Below are positions 1 through 8,823 of a stretch of 32,000 nucleotides of DNA, one piece after another; the first letter of the stretch is position 1, and each line of letters opens with the position of its first letter. A program made the translations under genes and the position numbers. Source of the DNA: Candidatus Thorarchaeota archaeon (lineage in GTDB: Archaea > Asgardarchaeota > Thorarchaeia > Thorarchaeales > Thorarchaeaceae). The stretch spans positions 360,001 to 392,000 of the forward strand of contig SHMX01000001.1 in the NCBI GenBank assembly GCA_008080745.1, read 5' to 3'. Below the pieces are notes generated by a model, which searched no databases, was not told the origin of the DNA, and saw only the letters and a program-made list of their open reading frames with translations.

Positions 1-420
1 GGCTTCGTCTTCCAAGCTTTCCTGCTCCTCGAAGACCTCACAGCCTTCGAAAACGTCGAGTCCGTCCTCTGGCCCTCTGATGAACTCAAAAAAGAAAAAC
101 AACAAGCCATGGCACTCGAAGTCCTCAGAGAAGTTGATATGTTGGAGCGGAAAGACCACTTCCCCCGCCAGCTTTCAGGAGGAGAACAGCAGAGGGTGGC
201 GATAGCGCGAGCACTAGTGAACAGTCCGCCGATCCTGTTTTGCGACGAGCCAACGGGAAATCTCGACTCAAAGACCGGGGACACCATCATGAAGGTGATC
301 TCAAGAATTAACAAAGAGCGAAAGATGACCGTGGTACTGGTGACTCACAACGAGGAGCTAGCGAAATACGCAAAGCGTACTCTGCGCATGCGAGACGGCC
401 GGATCACCTCGGACAGATAA
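1..420 (+). CDS. ABC transporter ATP-binding protein, LolD/MacB-type (5'-truncated by window edge)
   Basis: Frame open from base 1 ([19 protein letters not shown]..); signature [14 protein letters not shown], Walker [14 protein letters not shown]-loop VTHN; Walker A lies outside the window. Confidence 0.95.
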   Translation, partial: GFVFQAFLLLEDLTAFENVESVLWPSDELKKEKQQAMALEVLREVDMLERKDHFPRQLSGGEQQRVAIARALVNSPPILFCDEPTGNLDSKTGDTIMKVISRINKERKMTVVLVTHNEELAKYAKRTLRMRDGRITSDR

Positions 421-427
421 TGGTTCA

Positions 428-468
428 AGGGTATGAGCCTTCGCTCATACCTTACTCTTTCTTTTCCT
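428..468 (+). terminator. Intrinsic-terminator-like hairpin downstream of ABC ATPase
   Basis: Perfect 9-bp stem GGTATGAGC (430-438)/GCTCATACC (443-451), 4-nt loop, followed by the pyrimidine/T-rich run TTACTCTTTCTTTTCCT, 9 nt after the stop codon. Confidence 0.6.
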
Positions 469-639
469 CAATCAGACCAGCTTGAACAAGTCCTTGTCGC
501 ACATCGTTTATTAAACTTGGATGGCGGTCCATCCAATCCCTCAGAATCTTTCTGTTTCCACGATTTTCATTGGATAAATCAGCAAAACATCCATTTATGC
601 TAAAGGTGTCTTATTCTAGTATACGGTACTTCAGCTGGG

Positions 640-2874
640 GTGAAAAGTACGACAACAACAAGATGCAAACTCTGTGATGAAGAGATAGTCTTTGATATTG
701 ATGATGCCTCGACCTATCTCTCAAAGACAGAGACTGGAAATCCTCTAATTGGAATATTATATACTGTAAGAGTTGAGCACAGATACAAGGAGGGCGTGGC
801 ACACATCAACGTCATTGTAGTAGACGAAAGAGGGGAATATCGAGCTCACAAAGACTGCTATGAAGAGGTGAAGCTCGAAGACCCACTCACAAAGTATGAG
901 GAGATAGTGAGGCAGTTTCCCATCGAAATACGTCATTTTCTTTCTCTTGCCACACCCGTGGATAAATTTGCAATCTCGAATATCACCCTACCAGAATCAG
1001 CTGAAGTTTCAGAATGGACAGAGATATTGAGGAGTCTTAGAAAAGAGAATCCAGAGAGCCAACTCTTCTCGTTTCTTGATAGCAAATGGGCATCAATCAC
1101 AGGACGCACGGAGGAATTACTTGAGATGTCTGTAGAGAAGGATTCGTGGATCTATCCAGTACAGATTCGGGTTAAAGGGCGAAAGAAACTGACACCGGAA
1201 CTATTGGAGAAGACAAAGGAACTTACATCTCTTGTATATCCCGATCAAATCGAGTTGGAGGCTGCTTTGGCACAGGGCGAGAATTACATACGGTCGGTCT
1301 CCATGGAAGATATGGAGAGTCTGTATCAGCAAATGACAGAGAAGTGGGGACACGATACCCGAGTGGGAATCAAGACAGCCATGACCTTCTTGCAGGGAAT
1401 GTATTGGTATCTCAAATACAGAGTGGGCACTCAAGAAGAGAGTCTAAAGCCATTAGAGACCGCCTTTAATTTCTGCCAAATTGTGGAAAATAGAGAAGCA
1501 ATATCGATGATAGGGAATCTTTATGCTAGTGTGCTTCGAAATAAGGGAGAATCCGAGGAGGCACGAAAGGTTCTCAACCTCGTTCTAAACGTCTGTAGAG
1601 AGCTTGGAGATGAGAGATGTCAAGTAGTGGTTAGTGCCAATCTTTCGATAGTAGAATTCAAACAGGGACTTTTTGAGCAGTCCTTGGAAAGAACCAGGTG
1701 GGTCTATGAACACCCCATAACTCAAGCAGACCTCTATCTTAGAATTACAACCCTTGCAAACATGGCTGAGAGTCTGTTTACCCTCAAGAGATACCGAGAG
1801 GCAGGGGAGATGTGTAAGAATGCACTTGAGATAGAAAATATTCCTAATGACCTCTATATCGGTCTTTTGTCCAAACTCAAACAGATTGCAGTAAAGACCA
1901 ATTCGATGTCCGATATCCAATGGGTCAAGGAACATATCCCAGACAACGAATATATGAGTACCCCAAAGGGACATAGATTATTGTTAGACATCAAAGCAGT
2001 AGAGGCAGAACTCAAGAGAGACTGGCTTACTATGGTGGAGTTGCTGAAGAAGGAGAGGGAGTTGGCTGTAGAGCATAATTTTATGGAGGACCTTAATGAA
2101 ATCGAATTTAGAATCGCCGAGGGCTATGTTATGCTCTATCAAGAGGGACATGAGGTGTCTCACTTACATCAAGCATACAAACATCTTGACCTGGCCAAGA
2201 CATTGGCACTTGAAGCAAACTATCATCCAGATATTGTAAAGCTTACCATGATAAAGGGGCTTGTTGCAGTTGAGGCAGATATGTACGATAGGGCAAAGGC
2301 ACATTTCCAAGAAGCTTTTAGATTAGCAGAAATTCATCAATTGGATGATTTGGCTGAGGAGATTAGAGTTTATCTGAGTAGTCTCGATTCAGAGGATATA
2401 AAATTGGAACAAGACTTTCAAGCCCAGTTTGATGCGCTAACAGGTGTGGGCGGTATAACTGCAGGCGAAAAAGAACCTGGAAAGGTGTTTGCCATTTGGA
2501 TATCTAGAGAGGGGAGCGATTTTGATATGTTATTACTGAGTACAACAGAGCGTACCGTTGATCATGCAATGTACCTCAGAGGGCTGGCGGATTTGTGGCA
2601 AAATTTGAGCCTGAAGATCGATTCACAAATAGTTGAATCATTCAAAGGAAGTTGTGGACACATTATTCAAGAGTTCACGGATGATTTCAAGGCATTGGTT
2701 CTTTGTAATAGAATGGATTACTTAGCCAAAAGAAATATTCAGGATATAATTGAAAGATTGGAAAAGTTTCCCCTGAAAGAAGTGGATGAAGAATTATCTG
2801 TCAAAGTTCTTTCAGAAATTGAATCCAAATTTGGTAATTTTGAACCTATGGAGATAAAATCGGATTTTGAATAA
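640..2874 (+). CDS. Large multidomain protein: N-terminal CxxC..H..H Zn-binding domain, central TPR-like repeats, C-terminal longin-like domain
   Basis: 744-aa ORF with GTG start. CKLC...EHRYKEGVAHINVIVVD at the N-terminus; repeated helical A/G/L/Y TPR-type patterns (e.g. LANMAESLFTLKRYREAGEMCKNAL, GLVAVEADMYDRAKAHFQEAF); C-terminal ~110 aa (from GKVFAIWIS, ~aa 614) with a beta-beta-alpha-beta-beta-beta-alpha pattern. Confidence 0.8.
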   Translation: MKSTTTTRCKLCDEEIVFDIDDASTYLSKTETGNPLIGILYTVRVEHRYKEGVAHINVIVVDERGEYRAHKDCYEEVKLEDPLTKYEEIVRQFPIEIRHFLSLATPVDKFAISNITLPESAEVSEWTEILRSLRKENPESQLFSFLDSKWASITGRTEELLEMSVEKDSWIYPVQIRVKGRKKLTPELLEKTKELTSLVYPDQIELEAALAQGENYIRSVSMEDMESLYQQMTEKWGHDTRVGIKTAMTFLQGMYWYLKYRVGTQEESLKPLETAFNFCQIVENREAISMIGNLYASVLRNKGESEEARKVLNLVLNVCRELGDERCQVVVSANLSIVEFKQGLFEQSLERTRWVYEHPITQADLYLRITTLANMAESLFTLKRYREAGEMCKNALEIENIPNDLYIGLLSKLKQIAVKTNSMSDIQWVKEHIPDNEYMSTPKGHRLLLDIKAVEAELKRDWLTMVELLKKERELAVEHNFMEDLNEIEFRIAEGYVMLYQEGHEVSHLHQAYKHLDLAKTLALEANYHPDIVKLTMIKGLVAVEADMYDRAKAHFQEAFRLAEIHQLDDLAEEIRVYLSSLDSEDIKLEQDFQAQFDALTGVGGITAGEKEPGKVFAIWISREGSDFDMLLLSTTERTVDHAMYLRGLADLWQNLSLKIDSQIVESFKGSCGHIIQEFTDDFKALVLCNRMDYLAKRNIQDIIERLEKFPLKEVDEELSVKVLSEIESKFGNFEPMEIKSDFE

Positions 2875-3161
2875 TACAATATCTTTCAGGTGCGTTTCTG
2901 TTTGTCTGATACTAAAATAGTAATTTTTTTCTGCAGCCGATATTATATTTGAAAGCAATACTACGTAACAAGTTGATTTGGTGCAGTATCCAAAGGTCAA
3001 AGGTTAGCATTCTTACATCCCATTACTCAACAAGAGATAATTTCTCTAACTTGTTTTACGGAAATATCGAAAATACTACCATTGTTTATGCAAAATTTGC
3101 CAGCTGGAAAAGTTTAGAAGTGGTCTGGTCTAGCTCGATATATCCGAACTAAGGGGCAATT

Positions 3162-3992
3162 ATGATGGGTACTGACACCTGCAAAGAGCGAGAAAAGGTA
3201 GCAGAAGAGAACGCTTCCAGTGGGTGTAATGACAAGGCCCTCATGTATTTTCTAGCTGCGGCTGAGTGCTGGAAACGCTGGGAATCTTTTGCAAAGGCAG
3301 CTAATGCCTTTGAAAGAGCATATGAGCATGGTATGCTCTGTCAAAAATATGCGAAAGCATCAGAAGCGATGCTTGAGGCAGGAATGGCCTGGATAAAACA
3401 GGGTCAATATGAGAAGTTTGAGATAGATTGCCAAATAGGAGCGGAAGCTTTTATTTTGGCAGCTGAGGAGGAAAAAGACCCGCACAGATTTGTCGATGGA
3501 GCCTTTTTCTCGATCTTGGGAGGAGACATGGAATTAGCGAGACAACTCATTCATGCAGCTGTTGAAACCACCCGTGGAAAGGACAAAGAACTAATCAATC
3601 TCGCACTCATGCTGAGTGAATACCACTATGGTGAAGCGGACAGGTATATAGAGGCGGCCATCACCAGAGTCTTAGATAGAGATCAAGTGAAACGAATCCG
3701 TAAGTACTTCCTGCTCATGTTTGCTGGTTTTGTACGCACGTCCCTAGAATCTGAAGCTGCTGTCACTATAGCAAGTTTGGCGGAAAGCACAGGGATGGAA
3801 AAAAAACGGATTTCCAAGTTTATTATGCAATGTGTTAACGAGGGACTAATCCCAGCATTTTATGATGAGGTCTCAGAGGAGCTCGTGGTGGATCAGGACC
3901 GATTTGACATAGAAGATATCACTCGCAGAAAAGGTCCGATTATGAGTAGAGACCTTGATGACCCTGGAGCCTGGGATATGGAGCTTGAGTGA
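3162..3992 (+). CDS. TPR (alpha-SNAP-like) repeat protein with C-terminal PCI-type winged helix
   Basis: N-terminal helical repeats (YFLAAAECW..FAKAANAFERA..YAKASEAMLEAG); aa ~200-244 VTIASLAESTGMEKKRISKFIMQCVNEGLIPAFYDEVSEELVV fit the PCI winged-helix consensus. Confidence 0.7.
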   Translation: MMGTDTCKEREKVAEENASSGCNDKALMYFLAAAECWKRWESFAKAANAFERAYEHGMLCQKYAKASEAMLEAGMAWIKQGQYEKFEIDCQIGAEAFILAAEEEKDPHRFVDGAFFSILGGDMELARQLIHAAVETTRGKDKELINLALMLSEYHYGEADRYIEAAITRVLDRDQVKRIRKYFLLMFAGFVRTSLESEAAVTIASLAESTGMEKKRISKFIMQCVNEGLIPAFYDEVSEELVVDQDRFDIEDITRRKGPIMSRDLDDPGAWDMELE

Positions 3993-4209
3993 AGAACCGT
4001 GTGGTTAAGAAAGGATTTACCACTCAAATTGGAATAAAAATAACCAAGTTTTATTTAGGAGTCTATTCCATTAACATTCAAATTGGTATATGTAACACAT
4101 TTAATAACAGGAGTCAAACAAGACCACTGGGTCTAGTGAAGAAACCGTTTTAAGTAGGATTGTAGACTCGGTTATCTTGTAGGGCTCATAATTAAGATAG
4201 GTGTTTCCA

Positions 4210-4428
4210 ATGGCTGAAGAACTAAAATGGTTGCAGTGTCCAGTGTGCAAGGAGACGATATATTGGCGCGTACCAATGGAAGCACTGAAAAAAGTAGCAC
4301 GTTTTCCTGTTCCTATAGTAATCAAACATAAAGATCATCACCTCGTATGTTACGTTGACAGTCACCATCAATTAGCAGATACAGAAGTGGCCATTGCATT
4401 CATAGAGGGCGAAGCAAAGAGCACCTAG
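4210..4428 (+). CDS. Small Zn-binding (CxxC..HxxH) hypothetical protein
   Basis: ATG at 4210 preceded by SD-like AGGTG (track start GTG 4201); CPVC...IVIKHKDHHLVCYVD, the same pattern as the N-terminus of the 640..2874 protein. Confidence 0.75.
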   Translation: MAEELKWLQCPVCKETIYWRVPMEALKKVARFPVPIVIKHKDHHLVCYVDSHHQLADTEVAIAFIEGEAKST

Positions 4429-4979
4429 ACTGCACGGACCAAGTTTTCTAAATCGTTATCAAGAGCCCATTCAAGCACTCTGGATGCTTGAGAGCTAGCC
4501 ATGCCCCAAGTCTTCAATTTCTCAACCAGATTTCTTATACCCGAAACCCAATCATCTAACACTTTTTGAATACGTTTCCTAAGCCCTGCATCGTCAGCTT
4601 GTTTTAGAATAGGTATTAATTTAGTGACTAAACTCTGTGAGAGAACAAGGATGGTCTCGAGCCGAGCAATCCATTCCTCACGTGGAAGCCCTCTAAGCGT
4701 TTGAGCAACAGAGAGATGATAATCATATTGAGAGGTGTAGTAACGTAATCGCCAAGATAATACCTCGACAAGTAAGATACGATGGGACGGACTGGGTGCG
4801 GTGCGTATTAGTAGAGTGATAAAGCGTTCACACATCTCATCGGCAGCTTGACTTGCCTCGAAGAACAATGCCATCGCCTGTTGATATTCTTGAAGTCTAA
4901 GACGGTCCTCCGCCTCTTCAGAGGCCCTCTTGAATTGGTCGATCAGTCTTCTTGTGGCACTACTCTCTTCATTTCTCAT
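4425..4979 (-). CDS. Hypothetical all-alpha-helical protein
   Basis: Long ORF of amphipathic helices; ATG at 4979 preceded by GAGGGG (track start 5012); no recognisable catalytic motif. Confidence 0.7.
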   Translation of the reverse strand: MRNEESSATRRLIDQFKRASEEAEDRLRLQEYQQAMALFFEASQAADEMCERFITLLIRTAPSPSHRILLVEVLSWRLRYYTSQYDYHLSVAQTLRGLPREEWIARLETILVLSQSLVTKLIPILKQADDAGLRKRIQKVLDDWVSGIRNLVEKLKTWGMASSQASRVLEWALDNDLENLVRAV

Positions 4980-4983
4980 CAGA

Positions 4984-5421
4984 CTACCCCTCATTTCTCG
5001 GATTTTGTTCACTTGATAAGTATTTCAATTCAATATCAATCACAGGTGATTGTTCACGAACCCAATCAGAGAACTCTTCAATCTTGTCTCTCAGGGATAT
5101 AGCAAAATAGCCCTCCCACACACAGTAATCTTGCAATGGACAAAAACCGGTGGAGTGAATGAGATGCAGGTCAATAGTCCGCATCTTATCAATGATAGTT
5201 CTGGCAGAGGTACGGAACCCCTCCAGAGTAAGAGCAACTCTGACTAGAACAACCTCGGACTCCGCGATGGGATAGATGCGCAAGAATTCGCTTCGAGTCC
5301 CAATGACCAAGACCTTCTGCCCATCAACGATTCCCAACCAGTCAGAGATGTCCCGAATACCTATAGATTGGTTCTCAACAGATGACATAATCGATTCTGT
5401 AAGGTGTTTCATACTGTTCAC
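4984..5421 (-). CDS. AbrB/SpoVT-like N-terminal domain fused to ACT-like domain (putative regulator)
   Basis: IGIRDISDWLGIVDGQKVLV..LRIYPI resembles the AbrB swapped hairpin; the remainder has a beta-alpha-beta-beta-alpha-beta pattern (VVLVRVAL / TIIDKMR / HLIHSTG / CVWEGYF / EEFSDWVRE / VIDIELKYL). GTGA overlap with the upstream gene. Confidence 0.6.
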   Translation of the reverse strand: MNSMKHLTESIMSSVENQSIGIRDISDWLGIVDGQKVLVIGTRSEFLRIYPIAESEVVLVRVALTLEGFRTSARTIIDKMRTIDLHLIHSTGFCPLQDYCVWEGYFAISLRDKIEEFSDWVREQSPVIDIELKYLSSEQNPRNEG

Positions 5422-5750
5422 TCCGCAATTGCAGATAGATATGCCTCACCACGAATAGTGGTCTTGTAGGAGGAGGACAATTTGTGAATAAGTTCGAGAT
5501 TTAGTAGTAATGGGATTTTAACATCTAGACATTCATAAGAAACAGAGCTGAACCGTACTAGATCGTCCGGTGTTTCACAACCCTGAGAGATAAGTAAGAG
5601 AATCCTAGTACCAAGTGGACCTAACAGAACCTTGGTCATGTTGACATCAAGGTCATTTTCTGATTCAAACCTATCAGATATCATCTTCAAAGGTCTATAG
5701 AACTTGTTTGCCCTAAAAGAAATCTCTGATGTAATTAACTTTGGAAGCAT
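5418..5750 (-). CDS. Winged helix-turn-helix protein (putative transcriptional regulator)
   Basis: LGTRILLLISQG..TPDDL..KIPLLLNLELI...YKTTIRGEAYL is a typical archaeal wHTH pattern with a terminal wing and helix. Confidence 0.65.
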   Translation of the reverse strand: MLPKLITSEISFRANKFYRPLKMISDRFESENDLDVNMTKVLLGPLGTRILLLISQGCETPDDLVRFSSVSYECLDVKIPLLLNLELIHKLSSSYKTTIRGEAYLSAIAE

Positions 5751-5759
5751 AACAACAAT

Positions 5760-6734
5760 TCATATGGGTGGGCGATGCTCCTTCTTGTACTCCTCGGTTG
5801 CATTGCACCAGTTCCAGAAATCATCACTAGGAGGATAATTTTCGTATAGATCTTTGCGTTCTGATTCAAGGCATCGATTCTCCTTCCCAAGGAACTCAGC
5901 CATTGTAAAGACCTTGTGTCCAACATCCTCACTCGCACTTCGAATAGGATCTAGCCAAGCTCTCCAATTCTGATCTCGAACCAAATGATGGTCAATAATT
6001 AGAAAAGGAATGCCTTTTACAAGTGTAGAGAGAGATTTCTTTGCGAGTCTTCTATGTACCTCCCCGAACTTTGAGATGTAGGTTGGTGGTCCACCAATAA
6101 TCAGCACCGAGGGTGAAAGCGAGAGCAAATATTGAAGAGTGGTATCTGAACAAGGACCTTGAACATCAGGAGCAAAAAACACACTAGTATTCTCATAGCG
6201 AATATGTGTTGCAATAACAAACCCGAGAGGTGTGTTATCAGGTCCATGAGGGAGTGCTTCTGAAAATTCAATTATTGTGTTTTGGTGTTCAATCCTCTTA
6301 CCATCAACCCATTTTATCTCTTTAGCAATACCATCCAAATCCTTCTGGAAGTAATAGGCGCGTCTACGTTGAGAGGAGTTGATATGGTCACGATTGTCCT
6401 TGGCAAATATCACTTTGCCCTCCAGCATTCTCTGAAGTTCCTCACGGGAACTGAAAATGTAGCGAAAGTCAGTGAACCCTGGGCGAATGTGATCATAATG
6501 ATAATGGGATAATGATATGAAATCTGCACGTCTTGCTTCAACGAAAATTTGCTGCAGCTTGGACTCAAGAGCATGGTATTCTTTCGGATGTGGTTCAAGG
6601 CGATATCTCATGGACAGTGCAGCAGAGGGATCTAATAGTAAAGTGAGGTCAGGAGTGGCAATCCGTGTGCAGAGGGATCGTACACCCATACTCTCAGCGG
6701 CAATAGGTACAATCTCGATTCCGTTTATTTTCAA
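5760..6734 (-). CDS. MBL-fold metallo-hydrolase, UPF0282 family
   Basis: PIAAESMGVRS, DPSAAL, SHYHYDH, PHG, DVQGP, IIGGPP, IDHHLVRD motifs characteristic of the archaeal UPF0282 metallo-beta-lactamase family; TTGA overlap with the NUDIX gene. Confidence 0.88.
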   Translation of the reverse strand: MKINGIEIVPIAAESMGVRSLCTRIATPDLTLLLDPSAALSMRYRLEPHPKEYHALESKLQQIFVEARRADFISLSHYHYDHIRPGFTDFRYIFSSREELQRMLEGKVIFAKDNRDHINSSQRRRAYYFQKDLDGIAKEIKWVDGKRIEHQNTIIEFSEALPHGPDNTPLGFVIATHIRYENTSVFFAPDVQGPCSDTTLQYLLSLSPSVLIIGGPPTYISKFGEVHRRLAKKSLSTLVKGIPFLIIDHHLVRDQNWRAWLDPIRSASEDVGHKVFTMAEFLGKENRCLESERKDLYENYPPSDDFWNWCNATEEYKKEHRPPI

Positions 6735-7225
6735 GTGCCTGCCTCTCTATAATAGTTCAGAAGATACCTTGACCCGTCGTATACTAGCTCTGCTTCGAAC
6801 AAGTTAGATTCCTGAGATGCGCTCTTGAATGATTCAAACATCCTAACATCAGAGGGTAGAAAGGTGTCCTTCAGTGAGGATATCTCAGATTCGTCAAAAA
6901 GCCTTAGTTCTCCCTCTCTATGAGATGCCTTGAAATCGAATAAACGAGCAAATCCGACGAAAATCAAGAAGTGTGCTAGTAAAGAACCATCGGGCTTGAT
7001 AAGACGTTCAGAAACCACACCACGATACTCATAATCATGCACATGGGTTGTACCTGTTTCTTCCATGACCTCACGTATGGATGCTGGGGCTATATGCTCC
7101 CCTAAATCCACCTTCCCGCCGACAAGACTCCAGAGATTCTCGTATGGTGCCTTTCGACGTTTTAGAAAGAGGAATTGATTATTGTGTTTAAGAATTGTAA
7201 TTGCTATGGATATCATATCTGGCAT
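6731..7225 (-). CDS. NUDIX hydrolase
   Basis: Nudix box GGKVDLGEHIAPASIREVMEETG preceded by LFLKRRKAPYENLWSL. Confidence 0.93.
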   Translation of the reverse strand: MPDMISIAITILKHNNQFLFLKRRKAPYENLWSLVGGKVDLGEHIAPASIREVMEETGTTHVHDYEYRGVVSERLIKPDGSLLAHFLIFVGFARLFDFKASHREGELRLFDESEISSLKDTFLPSDVRMFESFKSASQESNLFEAELVYDGSRYLLNYYREAGT

Positions 7226-7344
7226 CAGGATTTAACCCCTAGGAAATCCATATCTAGATACGAAAAACCACGCTTTAAACCTGAGGAATGTCATTTTGAG
7301 AAGATTCTTAGCAGTGATTACTCCAGACTAAGTAGGGTTATTCA

Positions 7345-8808
7345 GTGAAGGAGTTATTGCCGGAAGGAATCAGAATACAGGTACTGGAGAAAATCACACC
7401 TACTGCAGAAGAAATCAGAAGGCAAAAAGAAACCATTCAGCTCATTAAGACTGCACTGAGTGAACTTGCAGATGAAAAGGGATACAGATACTCATTTATC
7501 GAGGCTGAAGGTTCAACGGGACAAAAACAGACACAAATCCGGGGCGCTGCCGATCTGGATATTTTTATTGGACTTCGACAAGAAGATTACAGGGATATTA
7601 TCAAGAGAGCAGATGATGAACGGGATAAAAGGCTAAGTAGAGAAATAGAGAACCTGGTTGAGGATTGGTTTCGTCCCGCTGCGAACTCGCTTGATGCCAA
7701 AAAAGTACAGAAAACCTATGCCCAGCATCCCTACCTCTCTTTTATCCTTGATAACATGGAAGTTGATTTGGTGGCATGTTTCGCAATTACCGCAGAAGAA
7801 CTTGCCAAGAATGGACCAATTACCGCTGTTGACCGAACATATCATCATACTAAATATATCCTGAATCATATTGATGAAGTAATCAGAGAGAATATCAGAA
7901 TGCTAAAAGCATTTACAAAAGCAAGCCAAGCCTATGGAGATACTTGCGCCGTGGGGAGGATGGGTTTTACAGGGTATGTACTTGAAAATATATGTGTCAT
8001 AAGTGGAACTTTTTCCAACGCATTACAAATTATTTGTAATCTTGCAGATGAGCCTATAGACCCGCTTGAGAGAGGTCTTGAAGAATTAAAGAAAATTCCA
8101 CGATTTAGAGATGATCGGTATTTCGTTATAGACCCAACTGATACGAGCCGTAATGCAGCTTCAAGCCTATCATCCCGCACCTACAAATGGATGGTCATAT
8201 CATCCAAAAATCTGTTAGATAATATTCGAAATAAAAAACAGGATACCATTGTAGAGAAAATAACGGAGATGGGCATCCCAATTTCCCCTTTGCCAGACTG
8301 GTTGGGTCCACATATATTCATCTTTGAACTCGAATCAATAGAGAAGAAACACTATACAATTGTACGTGACAAACTCTATAGTATTGCTGAACTTATGGAA
8401 CGATGGGTAGCTAAAGAAAGGACCGGAGAGGAACGATTTGGAAAAGTTCTGGCAGAAGTACACTTCAAAAGGAATAGGTATGCCATTGGATGTGTTGTGG
8501 AAAAACCACATATCAATGAAACATTTGAACGAAGAGGACCGCCCACTAGAATAGAGAGTGCCTGTGAAAGTTTCAAAAGAGCAAATCCAAAGGCGTATGA
8601 GAGAGAAGGATATCTGTGGGTCAGTCAGCAGAGAAAATATACAGATGCGAAAACTTTCGCGGAGAGAATCCTACAAAAGAAAGTTAGTGATGAATTGAAG
8701 ATCTCTGATGAACATACGCGTTTATCAGCTGAACTTAAGACAGTGCTCTATAGGTATGTCATGCCAGCAGAAGATGTAACACTGGAACCAAAGAAGAGAT
8801 TGGATTGA
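7345..8808 (+). CDS. cca: CCA-adding tRNA nucleotidyltransferase, archaeal class I
   Basis: EGSTG..TQIRGAADLDIF nucleotidyltransferase motif, YAQHPYL, VDLV.C, TAVDRTYHHT, GFTGYVLE, VIDPTD..RNAASSLS; 487 aa. Confidence 0.93.
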   Translation: MKELLPEGIRIQVLEKITPTAEEIRRQKETIQLIKTALSELADEKGYRYSFIEAEGSTGQKQTQIRGAADLDIFIGLRQEDYRDIIKRADDERDKRLSREIENLVEDWFRPAANSLDAKKVQKTYAQHPYLSFILDNMEVDLVACFAITAEELAKNGPITAVDRTYHHTKYILNHIDEVIRENIRMLKAFTKASQAYGDTCAVGRMGFTGYVLENICVISGTFSNALQIICNLADEPIDPLERGLEELKKIPRFRDDRYFVIDPTDTSRNAASSLSSRTYKWMVISSKNLLDNIRNKKQDTIVEKITEMGIPISPLPDWLGPHIFIFELESIEKKHYTIVRDKLYSIAELMERWVAKERTGEERFGKVLAEVHFKRNRYAIGCVVEKPHINETFERRGPPTRIESACESFKRANPKAYEREGYLWVSQQRKYTDAKTFAERILQKKVSDELKISDEHTRLSAELKTVLYRYVMPAEDVTLEPKKRLD

Positions 8809-8823
8809 AAGGAAGTAACAATC

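Noticed and set aside
2875-3161. 287-nt intergenic region and its 62-67 aa ORFs; possible ncRNA/tRNA
   Set aside because: AT-rich with no cloverleaf, T-loop or strong stem, and the ORFs lack motifs or an SD.
3993-4209. Intergenic region as possible sRNA or repeat
   Set aside because: No repeats or stable structure found by eye; likely terminator plus promoter.
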